A DNA stretch of 64,000 nt from Cenarchaeum sp. Lineage in GTDB: Archaea; Thermoproteota; Nitrososphaeria; Nitrososphaerales; Nitrosopumilaceae. Positions 28,713 through 40,092 of the stretch are shown one piece after another. The stretch spans positions 224,001 through 288,000 of the forward strand of contig CBDESU010000002.1 in assembly GCA_965242695.1 (NCBI GenBank), given 5' to 3'. Position numbers and translations under genes: made by a program. How positions within the stretch are numbered: position 1 is the first letter of the stretch; every line of letters begins with the position of its first letter. A model generated the notes under the pieces. That model ran no database searches, was not told the origin of the DNA, and was given only the letters and a program-made list of their open reading frames with translations.

Positions 28713-31700
28713 CCGCGCCGCCCCAGGGTCCGGCCGCGGCGCCCGTCACGCCCCCTCCCGGCGGCGCAGCCGGCGCAGCGCGAACCGCTACCGCATCGGA
28801 CGGCGGAGAGACGACGCTGCCTAGCTGCGCATGGACGCGGAATACATACTCTGCGATCCCGCCGCCCTGCGGGGGCTTGTACTCGAACGAGTTGTGCGGC
28901 GTCCGCCCTAGCTGCGCCCACGAGCCGCCCGCCTCCTGCATCTCCACTGTGTAGTATCGGAACAGCGGCGCGTGATCCCAGCCGAGGTAGATGACGGTCC
29001 CGGCCGCAGTGTCGGACGGGGCGGCCGCCAAGTTCAGCGGGGCCTGGATAGAGTCTGGAATCCTGACGGTTGCGTTCCCCGAGAAGAGTTGCTGCGGGCC
29101 CACCCGCTCGGACACCCTGTACGCCAGCGTCGAGCCGAGCCACTCGGGCCGGACGGCCTGCTCCGCGCCTGCGGGGGAAGCACGGCGCGCTCCTGCCGCC
29201 TCGAACTGTCCTCCGTCGATCGACACCTCGAGGCGGTGCCTGCCGCTGCTCCCGACTCCGTTCGTGTCGTGCCACCAAAGGTCTATCTTGTCCGAGGCGG
29301 CGCGCAGCGATGCCTCCAGGAGCAGCCCCGGCGGGAGGGATGCGGAACCTAACGGGAGGGTCGTTGCGCGCACGGAGCTCTGCGTCGTGTCGTCCCCCCT
29401 GACGCCGACGCGCACCACGTACTCGGTCGACGGCTCTAGGCCGGTCAGCCGGTAGCGAGACTCGGTCACGTTTGCGTCTGCGGTGCGGTTTTGCGGCGAG
29501 TCGGCCCTGTTCACGACCACCTTGTATCGGTCGGCGCCCGGGTGGTCGTCCCAGTCTACGACCACGTCCGTGTCGTACGCGTACTTTTCGGTTATCACAA
29601 TCCTGGTGCCATTCGACGCTTGCATTTCGAGCAGCTCGTGAACCTTCAGGGTGCTGTGCACCGGCGGCGCGCCGGCCAGCAGGCCGCTGATGCCCGGCCC
29701 CGCCGCGGCAGGCGGCGGCGGCGGGAATGATGGCGGGGCAGGAACTAGGACTTGCGGGGCCTGCGACATCGGGGCCGTCTCGTTGCGCGGTGCGGCCAGG
29801 GCCAGTGACCCGTACGACTGCACCGCGGATGCGGGCGCTGCGCCGCCCTGTCCCTCTTCTCCCGCGCCGCCCTGCGCGCCGCCGCTGCCGCACGTGGCGG
29901 TGTACGTCATCGCCTGGCTGACCCGGCGCACGGTGGAGGGCAGCGCGGGCTCGCCGCCGAAGTTGTACCTGTACTGCATGTCAAGCGAGCCGCCCACCGG
30001 GATAGGTCCGAGCTGCACCAGGCTTGACGCCGGGGTCCAAGACGGCAGCCCGGCCGCCGCCGACCGCACCTCGGCCACCGAGGGGGGCAGGGTGAACGAC
30101 GTTGGGCTTCCCCGCGAGTCGAGGCCCGTAATCCGCGAGAATGCAACCGAGAGCGCCGAGATTGGAAGCGTTCCCGTGTTGCGCACGGTCTGGGTGTCGA
30201 ACCCGCTCGTCCCCGTCCATCTGGGGGTGAACCCCACGTCCAGGAACCTCTTGGCCAGGTCCATCCCGCACGTGCTGGGCACCTGCCCCTCCACCTTCAG
30301 GTCGTCAAGGTAGAACCGCTGGTCCCAGTTGGCTATCCAGCTGTCGTGCAGGTGCACGAACACCGTGCACGGGCACCGCCCGGGGTCGAACGACGGCATT
30401 GTGATCGACGAGGTGCGCAGGCCCGTGTCCCGCACGACCGTGTCGCGCAGCCCCTGGAAGAGGGCCCCGCGGGCCACGACGTTGCCGGCCGAGTCGCTGA
30501 CTATCATGTGCAGGTTGTTGGTGTGGCCGCCCGTCGAGTGCCTCAGCCCGGTAAAGCTCTGGAACCGGGCGGTCACGTTGATATCCGCCAGGCTAAGGGA
30601 CGACGGCACGTCGAACGTCCTGACGGCGCCGGCGTTGCCGAACCAGCAGGTGCGGACGTAGCCCACGTACGCCGACCCGCCGTGCTCCTGCGAGTGCGAC
30701 AGCGCGTACGCCGTATTGTTCCGGCCGCCGCAGTACATGCGGTTGAGGCTGTCTGACGAGACCTGCCGGTACGTCCAGCCCTCGAGCGAGGCCGCGAACC
30801 CGCTAGACAGCGCATCGACCGTGTCGCCGGCCCTGGCGGGCACCGTGCCGTTGATCACGACATCGTCGACCGCCGCATCCGAGGTGGAGTACGACAGCCT
30901 TGCCGCGAACCTCACCTTGAAGTCGGTGCTGTCCAGGTAGGGCGCCAGCGACATCGTCTCGCGGTGCCACCCGTCGTCGCCCCCCGACCCGCGACCCCAC
31001 GTGTACGCCGTGCTCCAGGTCGAGCCGCCGTCGGGCGAGACGTCGACCCGCAGGTAGTCGCCGCGGCGGATGTGGCTGTCGACGAACCGCCAGAACGACA
31101 GCTCGGCCGTCTCGTATCCCGACAGATCGACTCCGTCCCCAAGCGTCAAGACGCACTCGGCGGCGCAGTGGCGCACGTTTGCGACCGTGTTGCCGTCAGG
31201 GTGGTGCTCCGACGGCTGCCTGCCCTCGTTGGGGGCGCCCGCGCGCCAGTTCGGGGTGCCCGATTCCTCCCACTTGCCGAGCCCGCCGAACCGGTCATGC
31301 AGGCGCGTCCCGTCGACGAACCCCATCGCGTGCAGCTCCATCACATTGCGCGCCGAGTGCGCCGGCGCCCGGGCAGACTCCCATGCCGAGTAAAAGTCCT
31401 CAAAGCTAGAGTATGTGGCCGCCCTAAACGTGCCGATGATCTCGTCGTCGCCCATGGCCAGGTCGTCGAGCGCCCGGTTCAGCCTGCTGTGGCCTGCCTT
31501 GTCGAGCTCGGCGTCGACGAGAGAGTCCTTTATGTCCCACAGGGCGGCCGCGACCTGCCCCTCGACCAAGTGACCCTCGTTGCCCGTCGCGCCCGTCCTG
31601 GCGAAGCTCGTCGATACCGTGCGGGGTATGTACTCAATCCTGTCCCGCTCCAGATTTATGTAGACGCCATCGACCCACCGCAGGCTGGAGCTGTTGTCCA

Positions 31701-33743
31701 CCATATGGGGCACAAAGTCGGCCCATCCCTCCGTCCATGCGCAGCTCGAGCCGCTTTGGTTGTGAAGGTAGTGGGGGGACGGGCAGCTCCGATCGGCCGG
31801 AAGCCTTCCCGCAGTATCCATTGCATGATGCCCGAACTCGTGCAGTATCGTCCACCTGTTGTGCGAGTCGTCGCCTGCCATCGCTCCGACCCCGTTGAGC
31901 CACATGGTGTTGCTTGATGCATCGTACGCGGCAGAGTTATTGCCCCTGTCGGCAAAGTCGCTGGCGCCGGCATTGTGCTGCCACTTTACTGTCAAGGAGG
32001 CTTTGTCTATGTCATATCCCTCAAAAAACCGCCGGCCGTCGCTTATCGCGTCTATGATCCGGCCTGCGCCTGCGGTGGGCCACGGCAACGTGATGTTCCT
32101 GTCGAGCATGGTTCCGCTAAAATTGCCGGCCACAGGCTCGTCGTGGGCATACAGCGCGCCGGACGTGCCCGCGACGCGCAGCCTACTCCCTTCCGACAGG
32201 ACGCGCAATACTAGATCGACGGTCGTGCCGTCGCTGGGATCGTCGTTTACGATATTTATGATGTGTACGCCCCGCTCTGGGCCGTGACCGTGCAGGCCTC
32301 CGTTGATGCAGACGTGCGCAGCAGGCTTGTCCGCATGGTGGAGGCATCATGATCATATGCGCACACCCTTATTCCGTGTACGGGCATGGGCGCAGTGGTG
32401 GAGTATCCCGGCCCGTGCACTCTTCCGGACACGGTGAACAGGCCTGCCCGCTGCTGCTGCTGGCCGGCCGCCCCCGCCTGCGTGCGCGCCGCCGCGGTCG
32501 CGTTGAGGATCAGCGCGACATCCTCGTCGTCCGTGTACCACATGTACTCCCTGAAAAAGTCGCGCACCTCGGCTGCGGTATAGTTCCTGCGGGTCAGCAT
32601 GTCGTGGACTATCTCGTCCGTGTCGCCCTCGCCCCACCTGTACGCCGCCGCAAGCAGGTCGTCTCCCATGCGGACCGCGTCGGCCTGCTCCTCGGTGTAG
32701 CCCATTATGTGCACAAAGAACTCGCGTATGTCGCTGCGCAGGTAGCCCCAGTAGAACAGCTCGTCGACTATTTGGTCCTCGGTGTAGTTTAGCTCGATGT
32801 ACCCATTTGCAAACGACGAGAGCATTGTGTTGTACTCCCCGAGTAGCGTGGTCTTGTTGAGGGCATGGGTCGGCACCGACAGCCCGACGTCGTACTCGGT
32901 AAACTGCGGCGGCTGCACCTCCTGCCCCCGTGCCATCATGTGGTCCAGGTACGTCTGCCCTGTCGCAGCGTACTCGTCTAGGGGCATGGACTTGTTTTTC
33001 GACACCGCCATGTGTATGTCTAGAAAATCATAATCAAGTCCTAGTCCGACTACTCTTGCGACGCCCTCCTTCAATATCTTGAACTTTGCCTTTACGGTAT
33101 AGGTCTCGCCCGGCTGCGCGACCGTGGTCACGTTGTCGGGATCGTAGGGCCTGAAAACGCCGGGATCGCCCGTCCCTATGTTCGAGACCACATCAAAGAC
33201 GCTGTCCGGCTGGGTGCGGCCGGACATGGTGACTCCCACCACAAGGCTTGCTAGCGGGTGAACTGCGCCAGGGCCAAATACACTCGAGTCGGAGTAGGCC
33301 ACAGTGAACGTCATCTCTGCCACTTCGCCGACCACGGGATACTTGGAGACTGCTAGGGTATTGTGGTGCAGATTCGGCAGGCGCGGGGCGGAGGTGCTAC
33401 TCTGCCCCGCCAGGCTCGGTTCTCGGGCATCTGATGCGTCGGAAGCGCGATCCCGGCCGTCCGGGTGCGTCTCCGAGCCTTGCTCCACATCTTTTGTGGG
33501 CCCCTCTAGCCAACCGCGGTCCACAAGCGTGTCGAGCGACCCCGTAAACACGCATGCCAGTGCCCCTCCAGGCGAGAGCAGCGGTATCCGGCCCTCATTG
33601 CACAGTACGTCGACTGCATCCACCCCCGCTTCCAACTGCTTGAGGGGCGTGGGCACGCCGGAATCGGCCGCCGCTGGAGCCAGCACTGCAAGTGCAGCTG
33701 CCACCACCGCCGTCATCAAGCATGCAACCGTCACGCTACCCAC
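28660..33743 (-). pseudogene. giant secreted HExxH metalloprotease-like protein (~1694 aa if repaired), split by one frameshift near 32260
   Basis: ORF 32256-33743 (signal peptide) and ORF 28660-32208 join as ..GAYT/IINIVNDDPSDGTTVDLVLRV.. with one added base. Contains ILHEFGH..WTEGWADF, jelly-roll-like and FnIII-like domains. Confidence 0.75.
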
Positions 33744-34409
33744 GTTCAGGCCGCCGAATCGTTGCATAAAAGGATTTGACGGTGCCGCGGCAAGACGCAA
33801 CCGTCCAGCAAGAGAACGAAGAGCTGCCCGCACGCAACGCTCGGACGCGGCTGATGCTGACCCTCTCACGCCGTCGCGTTGTACAAGCGGATGGAATGAC
33901 GGGCCTTCGGCGGCCGCGCGTGCGGAGAGGATGGTGGACGCCTAGCTACGGCGCCACGCCGGCACACTCTTGCCCGCATCTCCAAGCCGCGGAGCACGCA
34001 CCCGCCTCCAACCGCGCGCGCCGTATTCCCACAGGCGGGCGTAACGTCCATGCCGGGGCACTGCTACGGAGCATGTCTCGCGCACGCCAGGCCACGAAGC
34101 GCAAAGCACACCATGAGCTTGCTCCGCGATGCGAAGCCGCGCCGCTAGCGAGCGCAGGTGTAACCTGTGCTACAGCCGCCGTATCCGGCCGGCCCCGCAC
34201 CGCCAGCGCATTCCCTGCATGTTCACGGCGCTGAGGATGGGGAGCATGCGGGCCTCGGCCGGCGGGCGCGCCCAAGATCAAGTCAGTCAAGAAGCGGCTC
34301 CCACCCGGTGCCGCCTCTCCGACTTGCCCCATGCAGGGCACGGCGGGCTCCCGCGCCACCCCGGTGCGCGCCCCGTCCGGCCGCCGCATCCGGCGCCCGC
34401 GCCGCAACC

Positions 34410-37400
34410 TCAGCCGCCGGTGTCAACCCGCACCGAGCTCTGCGTCGAGGGATCTCCGCGCACCCCGACTCGCACCTCGTAGATCGAGTACGGATCCAGG
34501 CCGTCGATCCTGTAGCTCGTGCCGCCCACGGCATTCACCGCCCAGCCGCTTTCGTCCCCAGGGAATCCCGCGGCCGGCGCGGGGGCGACGGCAACGTCGT
34601 ACGCGCGGGCTCCGCCGTGCTCGCTCCACCCCAGCGACACCGACGTGCCGTCTATGATCTTTTCGGTGATCACCACCCTCGTGCCGTTCGAGGACGTCAT
34701 CGCAAACAGCTCGTCGACCGTCAGCGAGTTGCGCGCCGGCGCTGGGGCCGAATCGGACGAGCCCGAGGCCGCCCCCGACGGCGGCGACGCGGCCGGCCTT
34801 GCCACGGAGATATTGACGTTGTCCAGGTAGAACTGCTGCTCGGTATGCATCCTCCAGTCGTCGATCGTGTACACGAACACCTCGCACGGGCACGCCGACG
34901 CCGGGACGGCCTTGGCGTACACGGTAGCGTCCCTCCACCCGCTGTCGCCCTGGCCCGGCGTCCTCTCGTTGGTATACAGCCGCTCCCAGTGCAGGACGCG
35001 CCCCTCCGAGTCGCTTACGATCACGTGCAGGTTGTTTGTTCCCACGACGTTGCTGTACGTGTTAGCGCGCGTGCGGTACTCCAAGTCGATGCGCATGTCC
35101 CCGCCGCCGTGCTCGGCTGGAATGCCCACGTTCTTGGATGCCCCCGCGTCGCCGAACCAGCATGTGTTGACGTAGCCGAGATGCGCCGAGCCCCCGTGCT
35201 CGGTAGAGCGCGACAGGGCGTACTGGACGTTGTCGGCGGATCCCCAGCCGCAGTACATGGCCGTGGCGCGGGCATGGGTCACATGCTTGTACGACCACCC
35301 GTCTAGCGACGACGAGAACGTGCTAGCCGGAACAGCGTGGATCGATGCGTTGCGGACGGTCAGCGTAAACGTCCTGTTGGCCGCCGCGCCGTGCGAATCG
35401 GTGGCCGTGACCGTGACGGCGTACGATCCCGACTGCGACTCGCCGGGCACCCACTCGATCATCCCGTTCCCCGACGCGGCAAGGCCGGGCGCGGGCGGGA
35501 CGGCCGAGGCTGCCACCGACAGGCGGTCGCCGTTGGGGTCGGACGCCCGGGCGTCGTGCCGCAGCCTGCCGGTCTCCGTCACCACCATGTCGGGGATCGG
35601 CGGCATGCGCGGCGGCAGGTTCGGCCCAGCGGCCTCGATGCCGATCACCTGCAGGCCGTCGTCGTAGAACGACGTGACCAGGGCGTACAGCGCGGGCCCG
35701 ATCACCGCCGTCGCAACGCCGCTGGCCGTGTACATCTCGTCAAAGCCGGACGCGCCGTCCGACAGGGCCGCCGCCGGAGCCGGCGAGGCGGGGTTTGTAA
35801 TGTTGACGACCTGCACTCCGTGGTCCCACATCGAGGCCACCACGGCGTACGTGCTCGCGCCGATGCCGGCTACCGCCACGTCGCTCGCACCGCTGAGCCT
35901 CGCAAAGCCGGACGCGCCGTCGGTGGCAGACGAGACGGGGGTCGGCAGGGAGGGGTTCGTAATGTTGACGATCTGGATGCCGCTGTCCGACGACGAGGCG
36001 ACGACGGCGTACGTTGAGCCGCCGATCTCGGCGACCGCCACGCCCGAGGCGCCGGCCAGCTCGTCAAAGCCGGACGCGCCGTCGGTGGCAGACGAGACGG
36101 CGGCCGGGCGGGCGGGGTCTGTAATGTTGACGATTTGGATGCCGCTGTCCGACGACGATGCGACGACGGCGTACGTCGAGCCGCCGATCTCGGCTACCGC
36201 AACGCCCGAGGCGCCGGCCAGCTCGTCAAAGCCGGCCGCGCCGTCGGTGGCAGACGAGACAAGGGCCGGCCGGGCAGGGTCGGTGACGTTTGCGATGTAG
36301 ACGCCCCCCGCGCCCCCTGGCATTGCGGCTATCACGTACGCCGACCCGCCTGCCTCGAACGCGGCGATCCCGCCGGGCTGGCCCGGCCCGTACGTCGAGC
36401 CGCCCCCGCCTGCCGCCAGCGACGAGGCAGGGGAGGGGGAGGCTGGATCCGTAATGTTGACCACCTGGATGCCCCCGTCGCGGGGCGAGACGGCCGCAAC
36501 GTACGCGCCCTCTGCGGCGCCGCCGACGGGCGGCACGACAGCAACGTCCACGGCCCCGCCGAGCCTGTCAAAGCCGCCGCGCCCGTCGACTGCCAGCGAG
36601 ACGTGCTCCGCCCGGTGGGGGTCGGTGACGTTGACGATCTGGACGCCGTCAAGATACCACCACTCGGGGCGCGAAAAAGCCACCACGGCGTACGTCGAGC
36701 CGTCCACCTCGGCCGTGTCGATCCCGCGCGGGTTGGGCGTCATGCCGCCCTGCACGCGGGACGAAAGCGACGATGCCGGCACGGGGCTCGACGGGCCGTA
36801 CAGTATCGGCGGAAATGCGACTGCAATGTCAAACGATGCATCCCGCCTGTTGCCGCCCCCGTCGACCGCCTTGCACGACACGGCGGTCGTTCCCCACCCG
36901 AGCTCGGCGCCCGGCGGGGGCGTGCACTCTACGGGAACGCCCCGCCCCAGGTCGGTCGCCGTCGGCAGGGCATAGTCCGCTACGGCCGGCGCGCCGCCGC
37001 GAAGCCGGTGCATCGCAATGTCGCCGGGAACCCCCTCGATCGCGGGCGGAACGGTGTCGGACACCGCAATTAGCTGCGAGGCACTGGCGGTGTTGCCCGA
37101 CGAGTCGGCTGCACTGTACACCACGACGGCCGTCCCAAGCGGATACAGGCCGCTTGACGACCTGTTGTGCGCAAGGGACGGGGACGGGTCGTAGTTGTCG
37201 GCGACCAAAACCGGCGGCAGTCCGACGGATGTCCCGGCGTAGTGCGCCGCCTCTGCGGACATGTCGGCGGTTCCGTTGGAGGCGATCACGGGCGGCATGA
37301 CGTCGTCGACCCTTATCCTGACCGGCACCGAGTCGGACAGGCCGTGCGCCGTCGCCGTCAGCACGGCCGTAAAGTTTCCGGCTCCGGCCAGTGCGGCCGT

Positions 37401-39575
37401 TGCCTTGACGACTCCCCTGCCGTCCCCAGCGTCGTCTAGCGCGACCCACACCGACTCGGCCCTGCCCGCATCCTCGGGCAGGAGACCGGCAGAGCCGTTC
37501 GGGGTGATCATGCTCCCCCGCACATCGTCCACGGGCGAGAACGCGAGCGAGAGCGAGGCGGCATCGCCGTCCGGGTCAGAGGCGCTGGCATTGACGGCCG
37601 CAGTGCGGCCCTCGCCGACGCGCATGCCCTGCACGGCCCCCATGACGGGGGAAGAGTCGGGGCGGAATACGACGTCGACGACTGCGGCCGAATGGTTCTG
37701 CGACGGAGAGGTGGCGACGAGCCTCAGGTAGGCGTGGCCGCCTCCCTCCACCCGCACGGCATCGACAGCGGCCTCGCGCCACCCCGCAACAGAGCCGTTG
37801 TACGAGGCGGCGCTGGCCCAGGACGAGCCGTCCGCCGAGTGCTGCACGTGCAGGACGGACAGCGGGCCGCCGGCAAGCGAAAAGTTGAACGCCGTGCGGA
37901 CGTACCCGGACGCGTTCACCGCCGCAACGGCAGTGGCCTCGCAGCCCCTGCCGGTACCGCACCCTGACGAGACGAGCGCCGCCGAGCCGCCGGGGCCCGA
38001 TGCCGGGGCCACCCTCCAGTTTCCTCCGCCGGACATTATCCAAGAGCCGCTCCCGTTTTCAAGCCCGTCGGCGAACCCGGCGGCGCTGCCGTTTGTCGAC
38101 AGCAGCAGCGCCTGCACCGTATCCAGGCCGTTGAGGACCATGATGCTCTCCAGCGGCGGACGACCGCCGCCCCTCCAGTCCGCGGCAAAGTCGCCGAACG
38201 AGGCGGCCGTATACGCCTCGCCCGGCCCCCTTGCGCCGTACAGCGCGCTCCATATTCCCGCCGTCGCGTTGCCTACCGTGTCGCCGGCCTCGCCGCCGGC
38301 CCCGTCGTGGATATCCCACAGGGCAGATGCGACCTGGCCGGCCGAGCCGCCGGCAAAGCTTGACCCGGACGACGTGCCGCGCAGCCGCCACTTTGCGGGC
38401 TCGAGATCAAGGGGGTACCGGTGGTCGTGGTACCTGGCCAGCGACTCGCCCAGCGCGAGCGACGGGAAAAAGTACGCCCAGCCGTCCGCCCAGGCGCATG
38501 CGTCCGACGCGGCCCGCGCGATGCCCGCAGTGCACTGGCCGCCGCCCGGGTAGGCCGAGCCGGCCGCCGCGTACGCCGTGCGCATCACATGGTGGCCGTA
38601 CTCGTGCAGTATGGACGCCGGGTACGCCTCGGCCCCATGGCTCGCGCCGCGCTTTACGCCCGACGCGACGGTCATGCTCATGCCGGACGGGTCGTACGAG
38701 CTCGGCACGGCAGATCCGGCGTCGTTGAGCCACCGCACGTCGACGTGCGGCGCGTCGCGGCCGGTCGCGTTGCGGACAGTCTCCCGGCCGAGGGACACCG
38801 CGTCGAGTATCCAGAGGGCCTTGCGGACGTCCTCCGCCGCGCCCACGTCCGCGTTGCCGAGCCTTGTAATGTAGCCGCCCAGGTCGTCGGTGGCATTGAC
38901 GCGCACGGCGTACGTTTGGCCCGCCCCGTCGACGATCGTCGCGTGCGGGCCGGCCGCCGAGGCGTTCAGCCACAGGCGGACGGGGTCGCCGTCGTCGTTG
39001 TCGATGAATATGTGGCCGCCAAAGTACCCGTCGCCTCCCGTAACCTGGCAGGCCGGCTCGTCGGTGACCACGTGCCGGAGCGTCTTGAACGCGCCCGCCG
39101 GCGTGCGGTCGGCCAGGCAGACGGTGGCGCCCGCCTGGGCGCGGATCGATCCGTCCGGCTGGGCGCTGCGCAGCCAGCCGTACGCGAACGTCTCGCCGTA
39201 AAAGATGTCGGCCGGATCGGGAAGGCTTCCCGAAGAGCTGCCCGAGACGGCAGGCTCGGCGCCGCCGTCCGGCGGCTGCGCCGATCCCCCGCGCGCCGCC
39301 AGCGAGGGATGCTCGGCGAGCAGCCGGTCGCGGTACTCTTGCGGGAGGAACGCGGCGTTCTCGGCCAGCCACTGCGATGCATCCGCCGAGGGCGGAATGG
39401 CCCTCTCGAGGTACGGCGCAAGCTGGTCGATCGGGGGAACGCGGGAGTCGGCCTGCGGCTCCCCGCCGCCCGCCCCTTCCCTCTCATGCGGCTCGGCAAG
39501 GGCCGATGGGGCGGCCAGGGCAAGGGCAAGCAGTACGACGGTGGCAGGGAGTGCATGCAGGGCGCCGGCGTGCAA
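34410..39575 (-). CDS. giant secreted protein, paralogue 1 (1721 aa): HExxH domain, HYR-like, LVIVD-like propeller repeats, Ig/cadherin-like, variable domain, FnIII-like
   Basis: Signal peptide, ILHEYGHHVM, repeated GIQIVNITDPARP..ATDGAAGFDELAGA. TTAATA ~25 nt upstream of TTG. Confidence 0.88.
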   Translation of the reverse strand: MHAGALHALPATVVLLALALAAPSALAEPHEREGAGGGEPQADSRVPPIDQLAPYLERAIPPSADASQWLAENAAFLPQEYRDRLLAEHPSLAARGGSAQPPDGGAEPAVSGSSSGSLPDPADIFYGETFAYGWLRSAQPDGSIRAQAGATVCLADRTPAGAFKTLRHVVTDEPACQVTGGDGYFGGHIFIDNDDGDPVRLWLNASAAGPHATIVDGAGQTYAVRVNATDDLGGYITRLGNADVGAAEDVRKALWILDAVSLGRETVRNATGRDAPHVDVRWLNDAGSAVPSSYDPSGMSMTVASGVKRGASHGAEAYPASILHEYGHHVMRTAYAAAGSAYPGGGQCTAGIARAASDACAWADGWAYFFPSLALGESLARYHDHRYPLDLEPAKWRLRGTSSGSSFAGGSAGQVASALWDIHDGAGGEAGDTVGNATAGIWSALYGARGPGEAYTAASFGDFAADWRGGGRPPLESIMVLNGLDTVQALLLSTNGSAAGFADGLENGSGSWIMSGGGNWRVAPASGPGGSAALVSSGCGTGRGCEATAVAAVNASGYVRTAFNFSLAGGPLSVLHVQHSADGSSWASAASYNGSVAGWREAAVDAVRVEGGGHAYLRLVATSPSQNHSAAVVDVVFRPDSSPVMGAVQGMRVGEGRTAAVNASASDPDGDAASLSLAFSPVDDVRGSMITPNGSAGLLPEDAGRAESVWVALDDAGDGRGVVKATAALAGAGNFTAVLTATAHGLSDSVPVRIRVDDVMPPVIASNGTADMSAEAAHYAGTSVGLPPVLVADNYDPSPSLAHNRSSSGLYPLGTAVVVYSAADSSGNTASASQLIAVSDTVPPAIEGVPGDIAMHRLRGGAPAVADYALPTATDLGRGVPVECTPPPGAELGWGTTAVSCKAVDGGGNRRDASFDIAVAFPPILYGPSSPVPASSLSSRVQGGMTPNPRGIDTAEVDGSTYAVVAFSRPEWWYLDGVQIVNVTDPHRAEHVSLAVDGRGGFDRLGGAVDVAVVPPVGGAAEGAYVAAVSPRDGGIQVVNITDPASPSPASSLAAGGGGSTYGPGQPGGIAAFEAGGSAYVIAAMPGGAGGVYIANVTDPARPALVSSATDGAAGFDELAGASGVAVAEIGGSTYAVVASSSDSGIQIVNITDPARPAAVSSATDGASGFDELAGASGVAVAEIGGSTYAVVASSSDSGIQIVNITNPSLPTPVSSATDGASGFARLSGASDVAVAGIGASTYAVVASMWDHGVQVVNITNPASPAPAAALSDGASGFDEMYTASGVATAVIGPALYALVTSFYDDGLQVIGIEAAGPNLPPRMPPIPDMVVTETGRLRHDARASDPNGDRLSVAASAVPPAPGLAASGNGMIEWVPGESQSGSYAVTVTATDSHGAAANRTFTLTVRNASIHAVPASTFSSSLDGWSYKHVTHARATAMYCGWGSADNVQYALSRSTEHGGSAHLGYVNTCWFGDAGASKNVGIPAEHGGGDMRIDLEYRTRANTYSNVVGTNNLHVIVSDSEGRVLHWERLYTNERTPGQGDSGWRDATVYAKAVPASACPCEVFVYTIDDWRMHTEQQFYLDNVNISVARPAASPPSGAASGSSDSAPAPARNSLTVDELFAMTSSNGTRVVITEKIIDGTSVSLGWSEHGGARAYDVAVAPAPAAGFPGDESGWAVNAVGGTSYRIDGLDPYSIYEVRVGVRGDPSTQSSVRVDTGG

Positions 39576-39781
39576 CGGGCGAGCGGCCGTGCGTCCGGTA
39601 TTAAGCGATGGGCCGAGGATGCGGGCCGTGATTGAAATCCCTGGGACCCTGGCGCCTCCGGCCCTCCAAGAGGCTGCCCACAGGCCGCCAGTCCACGGAT
39701 TCCAAGCGTGCGTATTTAGGTCGGCCGTTCGTCAGGCGTGGCCGCCGGCACATGCCGCCCTGCTGCTCGACGCCTGCGGGC

Positions 39782-40045
39782 CTATCGCCGCCTTGTGCCG
39801 CTCCGGGTGCCGCTACCGCGGCCGCGGCCGCGGCGGGCCGGTGATGCATCTTCGGGCCCCTTGACGACGACGATCTCGTCCCCGCGCAGCCTGAAGGTGA
39901 TGCTCGCCGGCCTGCCGAGCTTGTCCATGACAGGCATCGGCACGGTGCTCTGGTACCCCCTGTTCCCGCAGATGTTCACGCTGACGGTGTACTCGGTGCG
40001 GTCGACGCTCCACGTAGGCACGGCCAGGGGTGGCGAAATCCCCAT
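39782..40045 (-). CDS. small AbrB/MazE-like DNA-binding protein
   Basis: 87 aa; YQSTVPMPVMDKLGRPASITFRLRGDEIVV fits the swapped-hairpin pattern. Divergent from the transposase. Confidence 0.55.
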   Translation of the reverse strand: MGISPPLAVPTWSVDRTEYTVSVNICGNRGYQSTVPMPVMDKLGRPASITFRLRGDEIVVVKGPEDASPARRGRGRGSGTRSGTRRR

Positions 40046-40092
40046 TTAACGGCGCGAAGCCTACCTATACGTAGGCTCGGGCGCCGGCGGCA

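Noticed and set aside
26576-29893. 1105-aa ORF
   Set aside because: The first ~670 aa are off-frame or intergenic; the signal peptide and TATA box place the start at 27874.
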